Source: Antechinus flavipes (Eukaryota). From it: a stretch of 64,000 nucleotides of DNA. The stretch lies in contig NC_067402.1 of the NCBI RefSeq assembly GCF_016432865.1, positions 292,268,001 through 292,332,000 of the forward strand. Reading direction: 5' to 3'. Under the pieces are notes generated by a model. That model made no database searches and was not told where the DNA came from. It worked only from the letters and a program-made list of their open reading frames with translations. Below are positions 11,221-25,995 of the stretch, one piece after another. The stretch's first letter is position 1. Every line of letters starts with the position of its first letter. The translations under genes and the position numbers were made by a program.

Positions 11221-11704
11221 TGTTGAGGTCTAGCTTTGGGGTACCTAAATGAAATTAGAGTTAAGGTCTAGTGGCAGGTTTGGGGTACAGATTTGGCGCA
11301 AAGGGGTCTAGTAGCGGCACGAGTTCCCAATAAAAGCATTTATTGGCCCAGAGAGCTAGATTGATAAAAGAGGTTTATTATTAGATAAGCAAAGTTAAAG
11401 TATAGGCGAAGGTAGAGATAAGGAGGGCACTGGACAGAGGGTCCAGTGGACAGAGCTCCTCACATGGTAGCCATGTTTGGAATCTCTGCAAAGAGGGGTT
11501 CCCAGCATGGCCTTTTTATAATAGGAGACTTAGCTCTAGGGGCTTTCGGATGTAGCCCCAAAGTTGGCTCATATCCGGGTGGGGCTGGGAACAGGTCAGA
11601 TCTTCTATTGGAATTCAAAGGGACCAGGATTTGTGAGTTAAAGGGCAATTTACATTATTAACTAGGAGAGGGTGGGAATCTAGAAAGCAAGCTTTCCCGC
11701 ATCA
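11221..11704 (-). mobile_element. ERV solo LTR (484 bp) inserted into an old L2
   Basis: TG...CA termini with 4-bp TSD GTAC (11217-11220 and 11705-11708). Minus-strand TATA (tttttataa, ~11514) lies upstream of minus-strand AATAAA (tttatt). The flanks rejoin into an L2-like sequence. Confidence 0.75.
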
Positions 11705-12502
11705 GTACCAGTGAAGTTCCAGGCAGAGATGCTCATGGTGCAGTTAGCGTTGTGTGAATGTAACTCAGTAAAATAGCGATCAAGATCCTTTGCCAAAAAG
11801 GGTATATCTCCTCCTTTACTCTGAGCTCTGATGGAAAGGCTTTTAAAAGGAAGAGAAGGCCTGAAATTAGCAGTTTGTGAAGAGGAATAGAGAGAGAGAA
11901 TCTCTCAAGAACAGAAGGCAACAATGAGGATCCAACTGAGTTAGTCCCTGTAGATAGATGCTCCAGTTAGTCACAGTTCTGTGATTCCTCCAGGGGTATT
12001 CGGCAGCATGGGGGAGAGGGCTAACGCAGAGTTAGGTTTGGGGCACAGGACAAAGGAACACAGGATTCAAGGTCGGAAGTCAGTGGATAGTTTTATCTGT
12101 AGGACCACCATGATCATAATTATCATTTATGTACTGCTTACCTTAAGGTTTATAAAACATTTCCTATATGTTATTATTGTTACTTATTTTATTTGATGCA
12201 CCAAATAACTGAGTGAGATAGATGATATTTACTGCTCCCTATTCTCCCTTTCTCAACATCTCTCAAGCCTTTGATGTCAAAGTCTATTCTCTGCTCCTTT
12301 ACTCCAATCTCAAATGGAGAGACCTCCATTGTTTAATGAACAGCTCCTTCTGTGTCTCCCAGCAAATCACTCTTGGGTATCCCCCTCTCTCATCTAAATC
12401 TAACCTATCGCTTACAGACACACCCAGATGGTTCTCCCTCCTCCCTAAAAACAAAACACAATCTTGACTGACTCTTCTATCCCCTCAAGCTATTATCTTC
12501 TA

Positions 12503-13054
12503 ACTGGAAAATAAATGGATGCCCATCAATTGGAGAATGGCTGGGTAAATTGTGGTTATGGAATATTATTGTTCTGTAAGAAATGACCAGCAGGATGAAT
12601 ACAGAGAGGACTGGCGAGACTTACATGAACTGATGCTAAGTGAAATGAGCAGAACCAGGAGATCATTATACACTTCGACAACGATATTGTATGAGGACAT
12701 ATTTTGATGGAAGTGGATTTCTTTGACAAAGAGACCTGAGTTTCAATTGATAAATGACGGACAAAAGCAGCTACACCCAAAGAAAGAACACTGGGAAACG
12801 AATGTAAACTATCTGCATTTTTGTTTTTCTTCCCGGATTATTTATACCTTCTGAATCCAATTCTCCCTACGCAACAAGAGAACTGTTCGGTTCTGCAAAC
12901 ATATATTGTATCTAGGATATACTGCAACATATCCAACATATAAAGGACTGCTTGCCATCTAGGGGAGGGGGTGGAGGGAGGGAGGGGGAAAAAAATCGGA
13001 ACAGAAACGAGTGTCAATATAATGTAATTATTAAATAAAAAATTAAAAAAAAAA
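12503..13054 (+). mobile_element. 5'-truncated L1 3' end with poly-A
   Basis: L1 ORF2 end/3'UTR and A-tail. 16-bp TSD AAGCTATTATCTTCTA at 12487-12502 and 13055-13070. Confidence 0.9.
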
Positions 13055-13070
13055 AAGCTATTATCTTCTA

Positions 13071-13860
13071 TCTCTCTTCCTTTTCTCTTAGAAAAAGCCT
13101 TCCTCATTACCTCTGATTGTCTTTGAATGAAATTTGCAATCAATGGGAGAACGCCTTCTTCAGTCTTTTGTAATCTGGCTTCCAATTTCATATCGAAACT
13201 GAAACTGATTTCTACAAATAAATCATGGCCAAAACAGATAACCCTCTCTTAATCCTTTTCCTCCTTGACTGTTACATTAGATATTATCGGTCACCCTCTC
13301 CAGGATACTCTCCTTCCTTGGATTTCATTCCACGACTTTCTTCTGTTTTCCTCCTACTTGCCCAATCGGCCTCCATTGGTCTCCTTGGCAGGACCCACTC
13401 CTAGCCCTCAAATATATCTGTATCTGTTCTGTGCCCTCTTCTCTCTCTACATGCCATTTTCTCTTGGTAGCCTCATTACCTCACACAGGTTTAACTATCA
13501 TCTCGATGAAGATGATTCCCTGATCTATACATCTAGCTCTTGTCTCTCTCCTGAGCTCCAGTTCCACATCACTAACTGCCTATTGGATATTTCAACCTGA
13601 ATGACCAGAGATATCTCAAACTCATTATGTCCAAAAGAATTCTTTGGCTTCCTCTTTCCCCCTCCCAATCCTTCCCCCTTCCAAACTTCCCTGTTTTTTT
13701 TCCGGGGGATTACCATCTTTTTAGTGTTCCATATTCACATAATTTCATCTTTAATTCTTCATTCTCATCCCCTCATATATCCAAGCAGTTTGTGAAGTTT
13801 TCCCCCCTTTCCCATAGCCTTCCCCTTCTCTCTACTCACATCATTGTTCTCTGTTGCCAT
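13071..13860 (-). mobile_element. Ancient L2 fragment
   Basis: Degenerate L2-like motifs (ctgaaactg..., gaagatgattcc...atctatac...atctctctcctgagctccagttccacatcactaactgcctattggatatttc). Confidence 0.6.
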
Positions 13861-13914
13861 CTGCTGGATTGTTGTTCATCCTTCCTTTTCAAAGATCACA
13901 ATCACAGACATCAG

Positions 13915-14652
13915 TGTAGGGTTGGAGGATGGTATGTTCAGCTGTGGCTTATGGTCCAATACAAGTTTGGAAGATTCTACCACAGGTTAGTCACGAGTGA
14001 TCCATTCTTGGATCCAGCAAGAAGACAACCCAATGCCCTGACCATGAGCAGGGCTGGGCATCTATATCTGCCACTTGGTCATGGCTCCCAGGGCATCTGT
14101 ATCTGCTGCTTGGTCACGGCTCCCAGGTATCTGTACCTGCCGTTTGGTCAGCTCCCAGGGCATCTGTACCTGCCGGTTGGTCAGAGTTCCCAGGTATCAG
14201 TTCCTGCCGCTTGGTCAGAACTCCCAGGTATCTGTACCTGTCGCTTGGTCACGACTCCCAGGGCAGCTGTACCTGCTGCTTGGTCAGAGCTCCCAGGGCA
14301 TCTGTACCTGCCACTTGGTCGCTTGCCACAGGACTTCAATAGAGCTCAGATATGAAACCTGACTCTAATCTCTCAAGCCCGAGCCCTTAAAAGACTTCAC
14401 TCAACCCCTTTCTACCATAGCCAAGCCACAAGAATTCAGACTGAAGTTAAGTCTGTCTTTTCAACTCCTTTTGTCTGGAACTCTCACCTGAATGAAGTCT
14501 CAAACTCCCTTTTCACTTCTGTATTTGCTTTGGTCACTAAACTAGGTCTCCTTCGAATAATACCTGAAATCCGCTTAGCAACATGGCAAAGGGGCTAGGG
14601 TGAAAAGATCCCTTTCGATCCCCTCTCCTATAATGCCTTTTGCTGCCATGCA
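13915..14652. mobile_element. Probable LTR with an internal 8 x ~34-bp tandem repeat (14056-14320)
   Basis: Begins TGTAGGG, interrupts a MIR-like sequence and carries U3-like direct repeats. Right boundary and TSD are unresolved (catcag/aatcag is imperfect). Confidence 0.45.
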
Positions 14653-15797
14653 AATCAGTTCAGGAGCCATCTAGTCCATCCTCCTGTCCCATCATTTTAT
14701 ATGGAATCTGCAGCCCAGGGAAATTGAGTTATATGCCAAATGTACCCATTAGAGATGGGATCCTAGCCAGCTGTAGCAATGTCACAAGGAAGTATATCCA
14801 GTGAACTTTACTGAGGCAAACATTTCTTGAATACTCAAACAGAAAGGTCATTATTTTTTATTTATGAAACTAAATTAAAATTCAACCAAATTGTAAAAAA
14901 GATTAACAACCATATTTTGAAATTTATTTAAGAAATGAGACAAGAAATATCAAAGTTTTCTGAAAATTAGCCTATTAGCTTGAGCCTGAGTACCCATAAT
15001 ATATACTGTATGTACTGTTCCCTTTTCTGCCAGCAAAAAATGTTTCCCAGCTTTCCTTTTTGTATTCCCAGAGCTTAGTGGTGATTGGCACATCATAAGC
15101 ACTTAATAAATGCCTGTAAACTGAATTTTGCCAACCCTGATCTTGCTGTGAGTCCGTTGTTTATGTAGAATAGGTCCAAGGTGAAGGGGAGTGTCATAAA
15201 ATAGGCACTAATTTCTTATTGATCAACTCATAGTCTCTCCCCCACCCCAAAGGAGTCTTTACCTTCTAGGGATGAATCTAAGGGGTTATTTGAAGGCTTT
15301 ATGTTTCTGCATTTATGCACAGGCCCCTGTGGGTCATGGATTTTCTGAAGAGAGTAAAAATTGTCTTCTTTCCTTTAATATAAAATTTGGGGTAGGGACA
15401 TGAGTTAAAAAAATAAACTGATACTTTGGAGTCAGATCATCAGGATCAAACTTGAACTCCAAAAACACTGGATGGGGCTGAGTCATAGCTCATACATACA
15501 AATGCAAACAAAAACATGTGGAACTATAGAGCAATGTTACCTGAGAGCATATAAAAAGGCAGGTGGTGCTGATGATTTCAATGTCACCTGCAATTAAGCA
15601 GCAGAGTCATCAAGATCATGTTACTACTAAGTCCGAGCAACATTAATAGCCATGCAATATTACTAGAAGCATTGGGCAGAATGCATTAATAATCTATGAT
15701 ATTCTCAAACAATGCTTTTGGAATGATAATAATAATAATGCTTTGGGAAAGAAAATTCCATAGCAAATAGTAAAATGTAGACTGGAAGGATTTAAAA

Positions 15798-16240
15798 TAT
15801 GGAAAACGCTTAAAAATGAGACTCAATATAGCAGCAAAACAAATTCAGCTGAAAAGGAAATATTCATTTTGACATTTCCCCAATATTAATATTCCTATAT
15901 GTGATTTTACTACTTCCAACATGTGATATATACACATGGAAACAGTAATATGAGATAGGTAAATATCTCTGTTGTAGCTTAGAAAGTGGACTCATCTGTG
16001 TGAGATCTAAGTAAAAATGCACCCAAGAAGTTCAAATAAAAATATGGAAAACACTTTAAAAATGAGACTCAACATTATCAGCAAAACAAATTCAGCTGAA
16101 AAGGAAATATTCTTCAGTTCGATATTTCCGCAGTATTAATATTCCTATTTGTGACTTTACTACTTCTGATTGCTTCTTCTAGCTTAGAATGTGGACTCAT
16201 TCGTGTAAGACCCAAGTAAAAATCCAGCCAAGGAGTTCGA
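15798..16240. repeat. Diverged tandem duplication (two units of about 200-240 bp) in an unidentified AT-rich tract
   Basis: atatggaaaac...aaaatgagactcaa...cagcaaaacaaattcagctgaaaaggaaatattc at 15798 and 16041. tagcttagaa(a/t)gtggactcat...aagtaaaaat at ~15975 and ~16180. Confidence 0.8.
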
Positions 16241-18501
16241 ATTAACTTAGAGCGAATTAATGTCAGATTTAGCCATCAGATGGCACTCTGCTCCAGCTGT
16301 TCCTTTAGGTTTGCAAAATTTGGGTACAGACTAGTTATTTTCTATCTGACTTTCCCTGCTCTGGCTTTTCCTGCTGGAACATGCAGAATTCCCTGCTCCC
16401 GGGTTCCCAGATTCCAATCTAATCTAGTAAATGAAATATTGATCAAATATTAAAACATGAAATCTACTATTTAGATCTCAGTTCACTAGGTCCATCTTAA
16501 TTGATTTCCAGAGATTCATTCAGCTACTTAGCATATTGTGGTCACATCATTTTTGAGAATATGACTTAAAATGCAAATGATAGAAGTTTTTCTAGTTCTT
16601 CTATAACACATATTATAACTTCCTGACTGTACGTTGCCAAATCTCATAAAGAGAAATGGGAGGGACAGCTTTCACTCCCCTTTTTTTCAATTTCTTGGAT
16701 TCTAGGAAATTGGAGAAACAAAAGAAAATTCCTTTTGGCTGAACAGCCACCAGGTCTATAGTAGCTCCAGAAGAAAATTCTGGGTGATATCCCATCGGCT
16801 CAAACCACTAATTGGATAGCACTCATTATTTATGCCCTTTGCCCTTTGGCACTACCTTTTTCCTTCTTGGAATCTGCACCAGAGGTTAGAAAATACAAAA
16901 GAAAGAGAAAACCAAAGTACAAATGGTGTTTTTTTTATTCTCTCCCCCATTCTGTTTTCTTTCTATAGAAAAACAAGGATGAAATAGGTGCAAGAGAAGG
17001 AATAGATTATCTTTTTCCTCCACCAAAAAAAGGGAGAAATTCAAAGAGGTCAAAAAAAAAAAAAAAACCAGGCATTCTCAGGGACCAGAGAGATCCAGCA
17101 CTCAATATGCCCTACCTAAAGAGCTGGGCATCCATCCTTCCTGCTGACTGAGGTGCTCATGCTGGCCAGGGTCCGACAGAAGAGTGATGGACATTATGTG
17201 CCTCTTCCCTGGCCCGAGAAACCACCTTCCATGAGTAGACCTACATTTGTCACTGGCTTGCCTGAGCTTTGAGGTCACAATGGAGTTGATGTGGTCAAGG
17301 GTCATGGGTTTGAACCCCCAACTCTGCCACTTACTTTGTGATCTTCTTCTATAGAAGATGGATAACAGTCCTTTCAGGATTTCCATCTCCCCTTTTCTCT
17401 CCTCCCTCCCCAGTGCTATTGTGAGAGAAGTAATGGAAGCAGGAACTATTAGGAGAATGAGAAAAGCTCCTTTCAGCAAGTGCACAGACTCCTGGACCTG
17501 GAATTGGAAAAACAAGTTCTAATCCAGCCACAACAGTAACTTCAACCCTGGGCAAGTTAATTAACTCATCTCGATTTTTTCATCTGTAAAATGGGGGTAG
17601 AGGAGTAAAGTGGGAGGATAATAGTTGTGAATTGTTGTGAAGATAAAATATCTATAAAGTGTTAGGCACAGAGTATTTAATAAATGCTTGTTCTCGTCTA
17701 AAGATAGTTCATTACATTTCTATCTTTGTGTCCACAGGATTTGATGCATTCTGGGAGTTTAGGAGAGTTTGTCCATTGGGATTATTGGTTATTGGTACAA
17801 GCCAGTTATAATTTTGCAGTCTTCATGTCTCTAGTTTAGCACAGGGCCTGGGCATAGGAAGCATTTCACAAATGCCTCTTGATTGATTTGAATTAATGAT
17901 TCAGGAAGAATCTATAAAGAACAATAGAACTCTAGCTTGACAAATGCTATGGGATCTGCTTCCTAAGGGAAGGAAAAAGAGAGCCTGATGGTCCTGTCCT
18001 ATAACCAATGCAGAGCAGTAGCAGGAGCCCCTGGCAACCAGAAGTTTCCAGTCTAATGTGTGTGTGGGGGGGAAATGTCGGGGAGGTATGAAAGATCAGA
18101 GGGGAGAACAGGTAAAGGTGGGATGACCTGGGAAGGCCTCGGCCTCTTGAGATGAAACAAAGAGAATTTCATTACAGCACACCTGAGCAAAGCTGCTGTT
18201 CTCAGTCAGCAATCCTGCACTTACTTCTAGATTATATTGATCTACTACAAATTGGGGCTAAATCTTCCATTTTTACCCTCTCTGATACAGTTCCACCCTG
18301 AGTCCCAGCCTCCCAGCAAGGCTGAGCCATGGTTTCTATTGTAGAGTTGTCCACTTTCATGGGGCAGCAGGGTTGGTGAGAAAGGTTCTGGATTTAGAAG
18401 AGATCCCCAAAGTTCACCACTGCCTAGTTTTATCAACTTAGCCAAGTCCTTTTCTCCTGTTGAGTCTGTTTCCACAACCCCAAAACAAGCAGGTTGGCAA
18501 C

Positions 18502-18858
18502 GATGATTTCTAAGGTCCCTCCCAGCCCTGACACCCCCTGTTCTAAGCTCTCTTCCAGCCCTGACCTCCCCTGTTCTAAGCTCCCTTCCAGCTCTGACAC
18601 CCCCTGTTCTAAGCTTCCTCCCAGCTCTGGCATTCTTTGTTCTAAGGCCCTTACCACCCCAGACACTCATTGTTCTGAGGCCCCTCCTAGCTCTGAAATT
18701 ATCTGTTCTGAGGTCTCTCTCAGCTGACTTTCATCGTTCTAGGCCATTCCCAGCTGTGACATTCACTGTTCTAAGTTCTCCCAGTTCCGCCTTTCATAGT
18801 TCTAAGACTCCTCCCCAACTCTGATATTCTCTGTTCTAAGGTCCCTCTCAGCTGACCT
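18502..18858. repeat. Minisatellite of about 11 x 31-33 bp, consensus ~ctgttctaaggtcccttccagctctgacattc
   Basis: Units read directly. The first unit matches the MIR/L3-type 3' tail. Confidence 0.85.
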
Positions 18859-19010
18859 CAGACACCACTGGTGATCTGAGGAGCACTCATTGATGGTCAG
18901 TCTGCTCCTTGCCTCTGCTTAGGGCAGGCTTGTGAAGGAATTAAAGCACAAATTAAAGGGATAAGATTAATTAATTAATTGATAATTAAAGGGATAAGAC
19001 ACAGTTCTCA

Positions 19011-19550
19011 GACTTACATGAACTTACATGATGCTGAGGGAAATGACCAAAACCAGGAGATCATTATACACTTCACCAACAATACTACATGATGATCAAT
19101 TCTGATGGACGTGCCTCTCTTCAACAATGAGAGGATCCAAATCAATTCCAACTGATCTGTAATGAACAGACCCAGCTACACCCAGATAAAGAACTCTGGG
19201 AAATGAGTGAGGGCCACAACATAGCATTTCCACTCTTTCTGTTGTTGTTTGCTTGCTTTTTTTGTTTTTCTCGCCAAGTTACTTTTACCTTCTTTCTAAA
19301 TCCGATTTTTCTTGTGCAACAAGAGAACTGTATAAATATGCATCCATATATTGGATTTAACATATACTTTAACATATAGGAGACTGCCTGCCATCTAGGG
19401 GAGGGGGTGGGAGAAGGAGGGGAAAAGTTGGAACAGAAGGTTTTGCAAGAGTCAATGCTGAAAAATTACCCATGCATATGTCTTTTTTTTAATTTAATTT
19501 TATTTAATAATAACTTTATATTGACCCATGCATATGTCTTGTAAATAATA
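19011..19550 (+). mobile_element. L1 3' fragment containing a nested 39-bp antisense L1 tail
   Basis: Same L1 3'UTR family as 12503-13054. Nested insert 19485-19523 is flanked by the 17-bp direct repeat acccatgcatatgtctt. Confidence 0.8.
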
Positions 19551-19639
19551 TATGTGCATATATATATATGTGGGGAGAGGGGTGGTGGCGGGAAGCAGAG
19601 CCAAATCTCTGTGAGAAAAGGGCCACAGTGAGGCTGAGG

Positions 19640-19785
19640 GGAGGGGCCACAATAGGATTTGGGGCGGGGCTAGGGCCAGGCTTAGGGACCTGGGCCCCCC
19701 CCCCCCTCCCTCCCCGAGGGTCAGTTTGATTCTGAGCCGCTGCATCTTCAGGCTCCTCTCCACCTCTCTGCTGGAGGCGAAACTG
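19640..19785 (+). promoter_or_regulatory. Probable ODF3B promoter and non-coding first exon
   Basis: GC box GGGGCGGGGC at 19661-19670 at the CpG-island edge. Donor CTG|GTGAGT at 19785/19786. Acceptor ttcttccag| at 20309, 8 nt before the ATG. Confidence 0.5.
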
Positions 19786-20011
19786 GTGAGTGGGGCCCCG
19801 GAGATAGCTGCCGGGCTTCCCCTTATCCCCCAGTTTTCAGTACCATCTCTGATGTTAGCGTCGGGGCCGCGATCTCCATCATCGCCCCCTGCAGAGCCCC
19901 TCCCTGGGAACCCCCAAACCTCTCACTGATCCGTTCAGAGTCTCCTTATGAACCCCGAAGTCCTCACGGATCCCCTCGACCCCTCCCTGGGTCCCTGAGG
20001 TTCCTCCCTGA

Positions 20012-23282
<3,271 letters not shown>

Positions 23283-23550
23283 CCCCTGGGAGGCCAGGCC
23301 CGGGAGAAGGGACGGAGATCTCTCCCGGTCCCCTCCTCTGTCCGTTTGTCCAGTCGCCCCCACCCCCTTGAGCGCCGCTTCCCTTCCGCCCCGCATAAAG
23401 CAGGCCCCCGGAGGGCCGCAGAGTATTCTCCCTCGAAGTCTCAGAGGCTGGGTCGCAGAGCCCCGAGCACCCTTGCTGCTGCTGGAGCTCCTGCCCCGAG
23501 CTGTAGCCCCAGTTTGTCTGTCTGTCTGTGTGCCTGTGGCCCCATTCGGA

Positions 23551-23556
23551 AATAAA
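23551..23556 (+). terminator. ODF3B polyadenylation signal AATAAA
   Basis: About 270 nt after the stop. Confidence 0.7.
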
Positions 23557-24559
23557 CCTTGACCTCTACGTGCTGCTCCTTTGTCCCCTCACCTGAGCTA
23601 AGGGAACACGGGGACGTGCAGAAGGTAGGCAAAGAGTCACTAAATGGCTCTCTGATCCCATTTCGGCAATCGCCCCTGCAGACTGGAGAGTCCTGTTAGG
23701 AAGTCCCAGATCTGAGGGGTGGGGGGGGAGGAAAAACCTTTCCTTGCTCCCCTTTCCCTAGGGGATCCCTCGGTCCCGCCCTCCCCAAGACGGACATTTA
23801 TGTTTAATTGTTTGAGAAACGTCCCTGTTTAGAATATAAAGATTTCTGAGCCAGATGGTAGGAGGAGGTAAAAGGAGGAAACAGAAGGAAACAAAAGGAC
23901 TTGAGAACCTTTTCTTGAGCTTTCTGGGAAACCTCTATATGACTCTTACCTCAGTTTCCTTCTTGGTAAAATGGAGATAATACCTCTCCACTGTCCTCTG
24001 GACTATGAGCAAAGTGTTTTACAAATCTGGGAGCTCTATACACACGTTTTAGGGATGCCCCATTGGGAAGATCTGGAGCCTCTGGCTCTTTGCCTAACCC
24101 TGTGCCAGGGAATACAAGAGTCCTGCAGGCAGCTCTGTCTACAGAAGGTTTGCAGTCTTTTGTTCAGGAAGAGGGATACTTCCTCCATACTTGGGGACCA
24201 GAACAAGGCAGTCCTTTGGGGCAACACACCGGGAATGGGCCCTCTCCCAGCCTCCAGCCACAACCACCCCACACCCTGGCTCTGCTAGCACAAGCAGCCT
24301 AATGGTGGTAGTGGGCTTCAGACTAGTTACTTCAATGGCACTGGCTTTCATGGGAAAGCCAGAGAGGATCTGGAAACCGCCCAAAGCTTGTCCTGGAGAT
24401 GAATGAAGCTTGGTTGCAGCATTCAATTCTCACCAGGACTTGGACCCAGCAACAAGAGTTGCTCGGCAGACGGTTCATTAGGTGCTGGTTCAGAAGTCTT
24501 GGGTTCAAATCCAAGCTCTACTATTATACAACTCTAGCTAAATCATTTCCTGTGTCAGG

Positions 24560-25010
24560 ATTCCAACTCCCTCCTTTGTAAACTCATTGTAGAATGGGGC
24601 AGCCCAGATTCGGGTTGATTAACCCTTTTATCAAGGACTCGAATAGAGAAATATTCAATAGATCTGGGAATGTTAGACAGCTGGGAAAGAAGGATTCATT
24701 GAATGGATGGGTACAAGACAGCTGTTTATTTGAACAGGCTTCCTGGGCAGAATAGAACATGGGGCCAAGTATAGTGATTTTTAAAATAGGAAACTTCATG
24801 GAAATAAATATAAAGTCTTATATTTGGGTTTAAAAAATCATTTTGAACACAATATATCAGAAGTGGTCTGAACTAGGGGCAAAGATACTCTTATCCTCTT
24901 ACTCATCAAAGTCCAAGAGCATCCCATTGGTTTTTCTAGTCACCATATCACTGACAAGTTTTATCCCCACTAAATCTCTCAGATCTTTTTCTCCCCAAAC
25001 TGCTATCAAC
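24560..25010 (-). mobile_element. Ancient L3/CR1 LINE remnant
   Basis: Minus strand gaaaaagatctgagagatttagtgg...aaaaccaatggg...cagaccacttctgatatattgtgttc resembles the recalled CR1/L3 ORF2 3' region. Confidence 0.55.
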
Positions 25011-25439
25011 CATAGCTCTCCCAAGTCATGTTTGCACAGGCAATTTTGGGGAAAGACTTGACTGCAAGAGCCGGGGTGGGGTTTGTGCGCTGAGTCACCC
25101 TGGATTGGCTTCCCCACATCATGGTCTTACAGAAACAAGAATTCTTGTAAATAAAAAGCTTTAATAAAAAAGCAAACTTATTGAGAGGTTTTATTAATTT
25201 TATAATAATAAAAAGAAACAAGAACTCCCAGTCAATCACCTATCCTTTAGAAAAGGATAAATGAAGGACAATGTTTGGCCACTAAGAACAACACGACTAC
25301 CTGTCCATGAGTAATCTGCTTCCAAAACTTCAAAGATCTAGTCTATAGCCCTGGCTTGGCAATATAATCTGTAATTTGTTTTTTAAAATTGTTTTTATTA
25401 ATATTTTGTTTCTTACATTGTCAAAGTTATATCAAGTAC

Positions 25440-25995
25440 TGTGAGATAGTAGATGTAGAAGACCCTTACCCAAAATGACTACTCAGAGATCACTCAGTAG
25501 AAGGCAGAAAAGTTGTTTATTGAAACCCTCAGGAGGATGAGCCATCCCATCACGAGATAAGAAAGAGAAAGTTTGCGGTAGGAGGGCTAAAGAAGTAGTA
25601 AAGATACATAGCTTTTATACAAGAAATTACATCACAAGTAAGAGAGCATTGAGAAGGGGAGGGGCAGGCATCTAATTGGTTGTTGCTATTTGGGGAGATT
25701 GGAATGGAAGGTTTCTGTTTCCCTGAAATCTCCTGACTTCTAGGAAACAGAAAGTCAGGCCTTCAGGCTCAATCAAGCAGACAGTGGTCCAGTTAATAGA
25801 CTAAATATCGATAAATGTCAAATACCAATAAATGTCATCAGTTCAGGTTAAGTAAATATGTTTCTAGCTGGCCAAGGTTCAGGTAGATATGAGCCTGCAC
25901 ATATTATACAGGTCATAGGGGAGACACAGGAATAATAAAATACAGAAAAATAATTCATATATTCCTATAATTCTTCACCTTATCTATTCCCCACA
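25440..25995 (-). mobile_element. ERV solo LTR (556 bp)
   Basis: TGTGAG...CCCCACA termini with 4-bp TSD GTAC (25436-25439 and 25996-25999). Minus-strand TATA (cttttatac, ~25613) lies upstream of minus-strand AATAAA (~25517). Confidence 0.8.

Noticed and set aside
14056-14320. CRISPR-like look of ~34-bp repeats (also 54289-56499)
   Set aside because: Units are directly adjacent with no unique spacers, there are no cas genes, and the context is mammalian. These are ordinary tandem repeats.
24899-25117. ORF with a weak RRM-like look (IKLVSDMVTRKTNGMLLDFDE), possible retrocopy
   Set aside because: The nucleotide sequence fits a degenerate L3/CR1 LINE better
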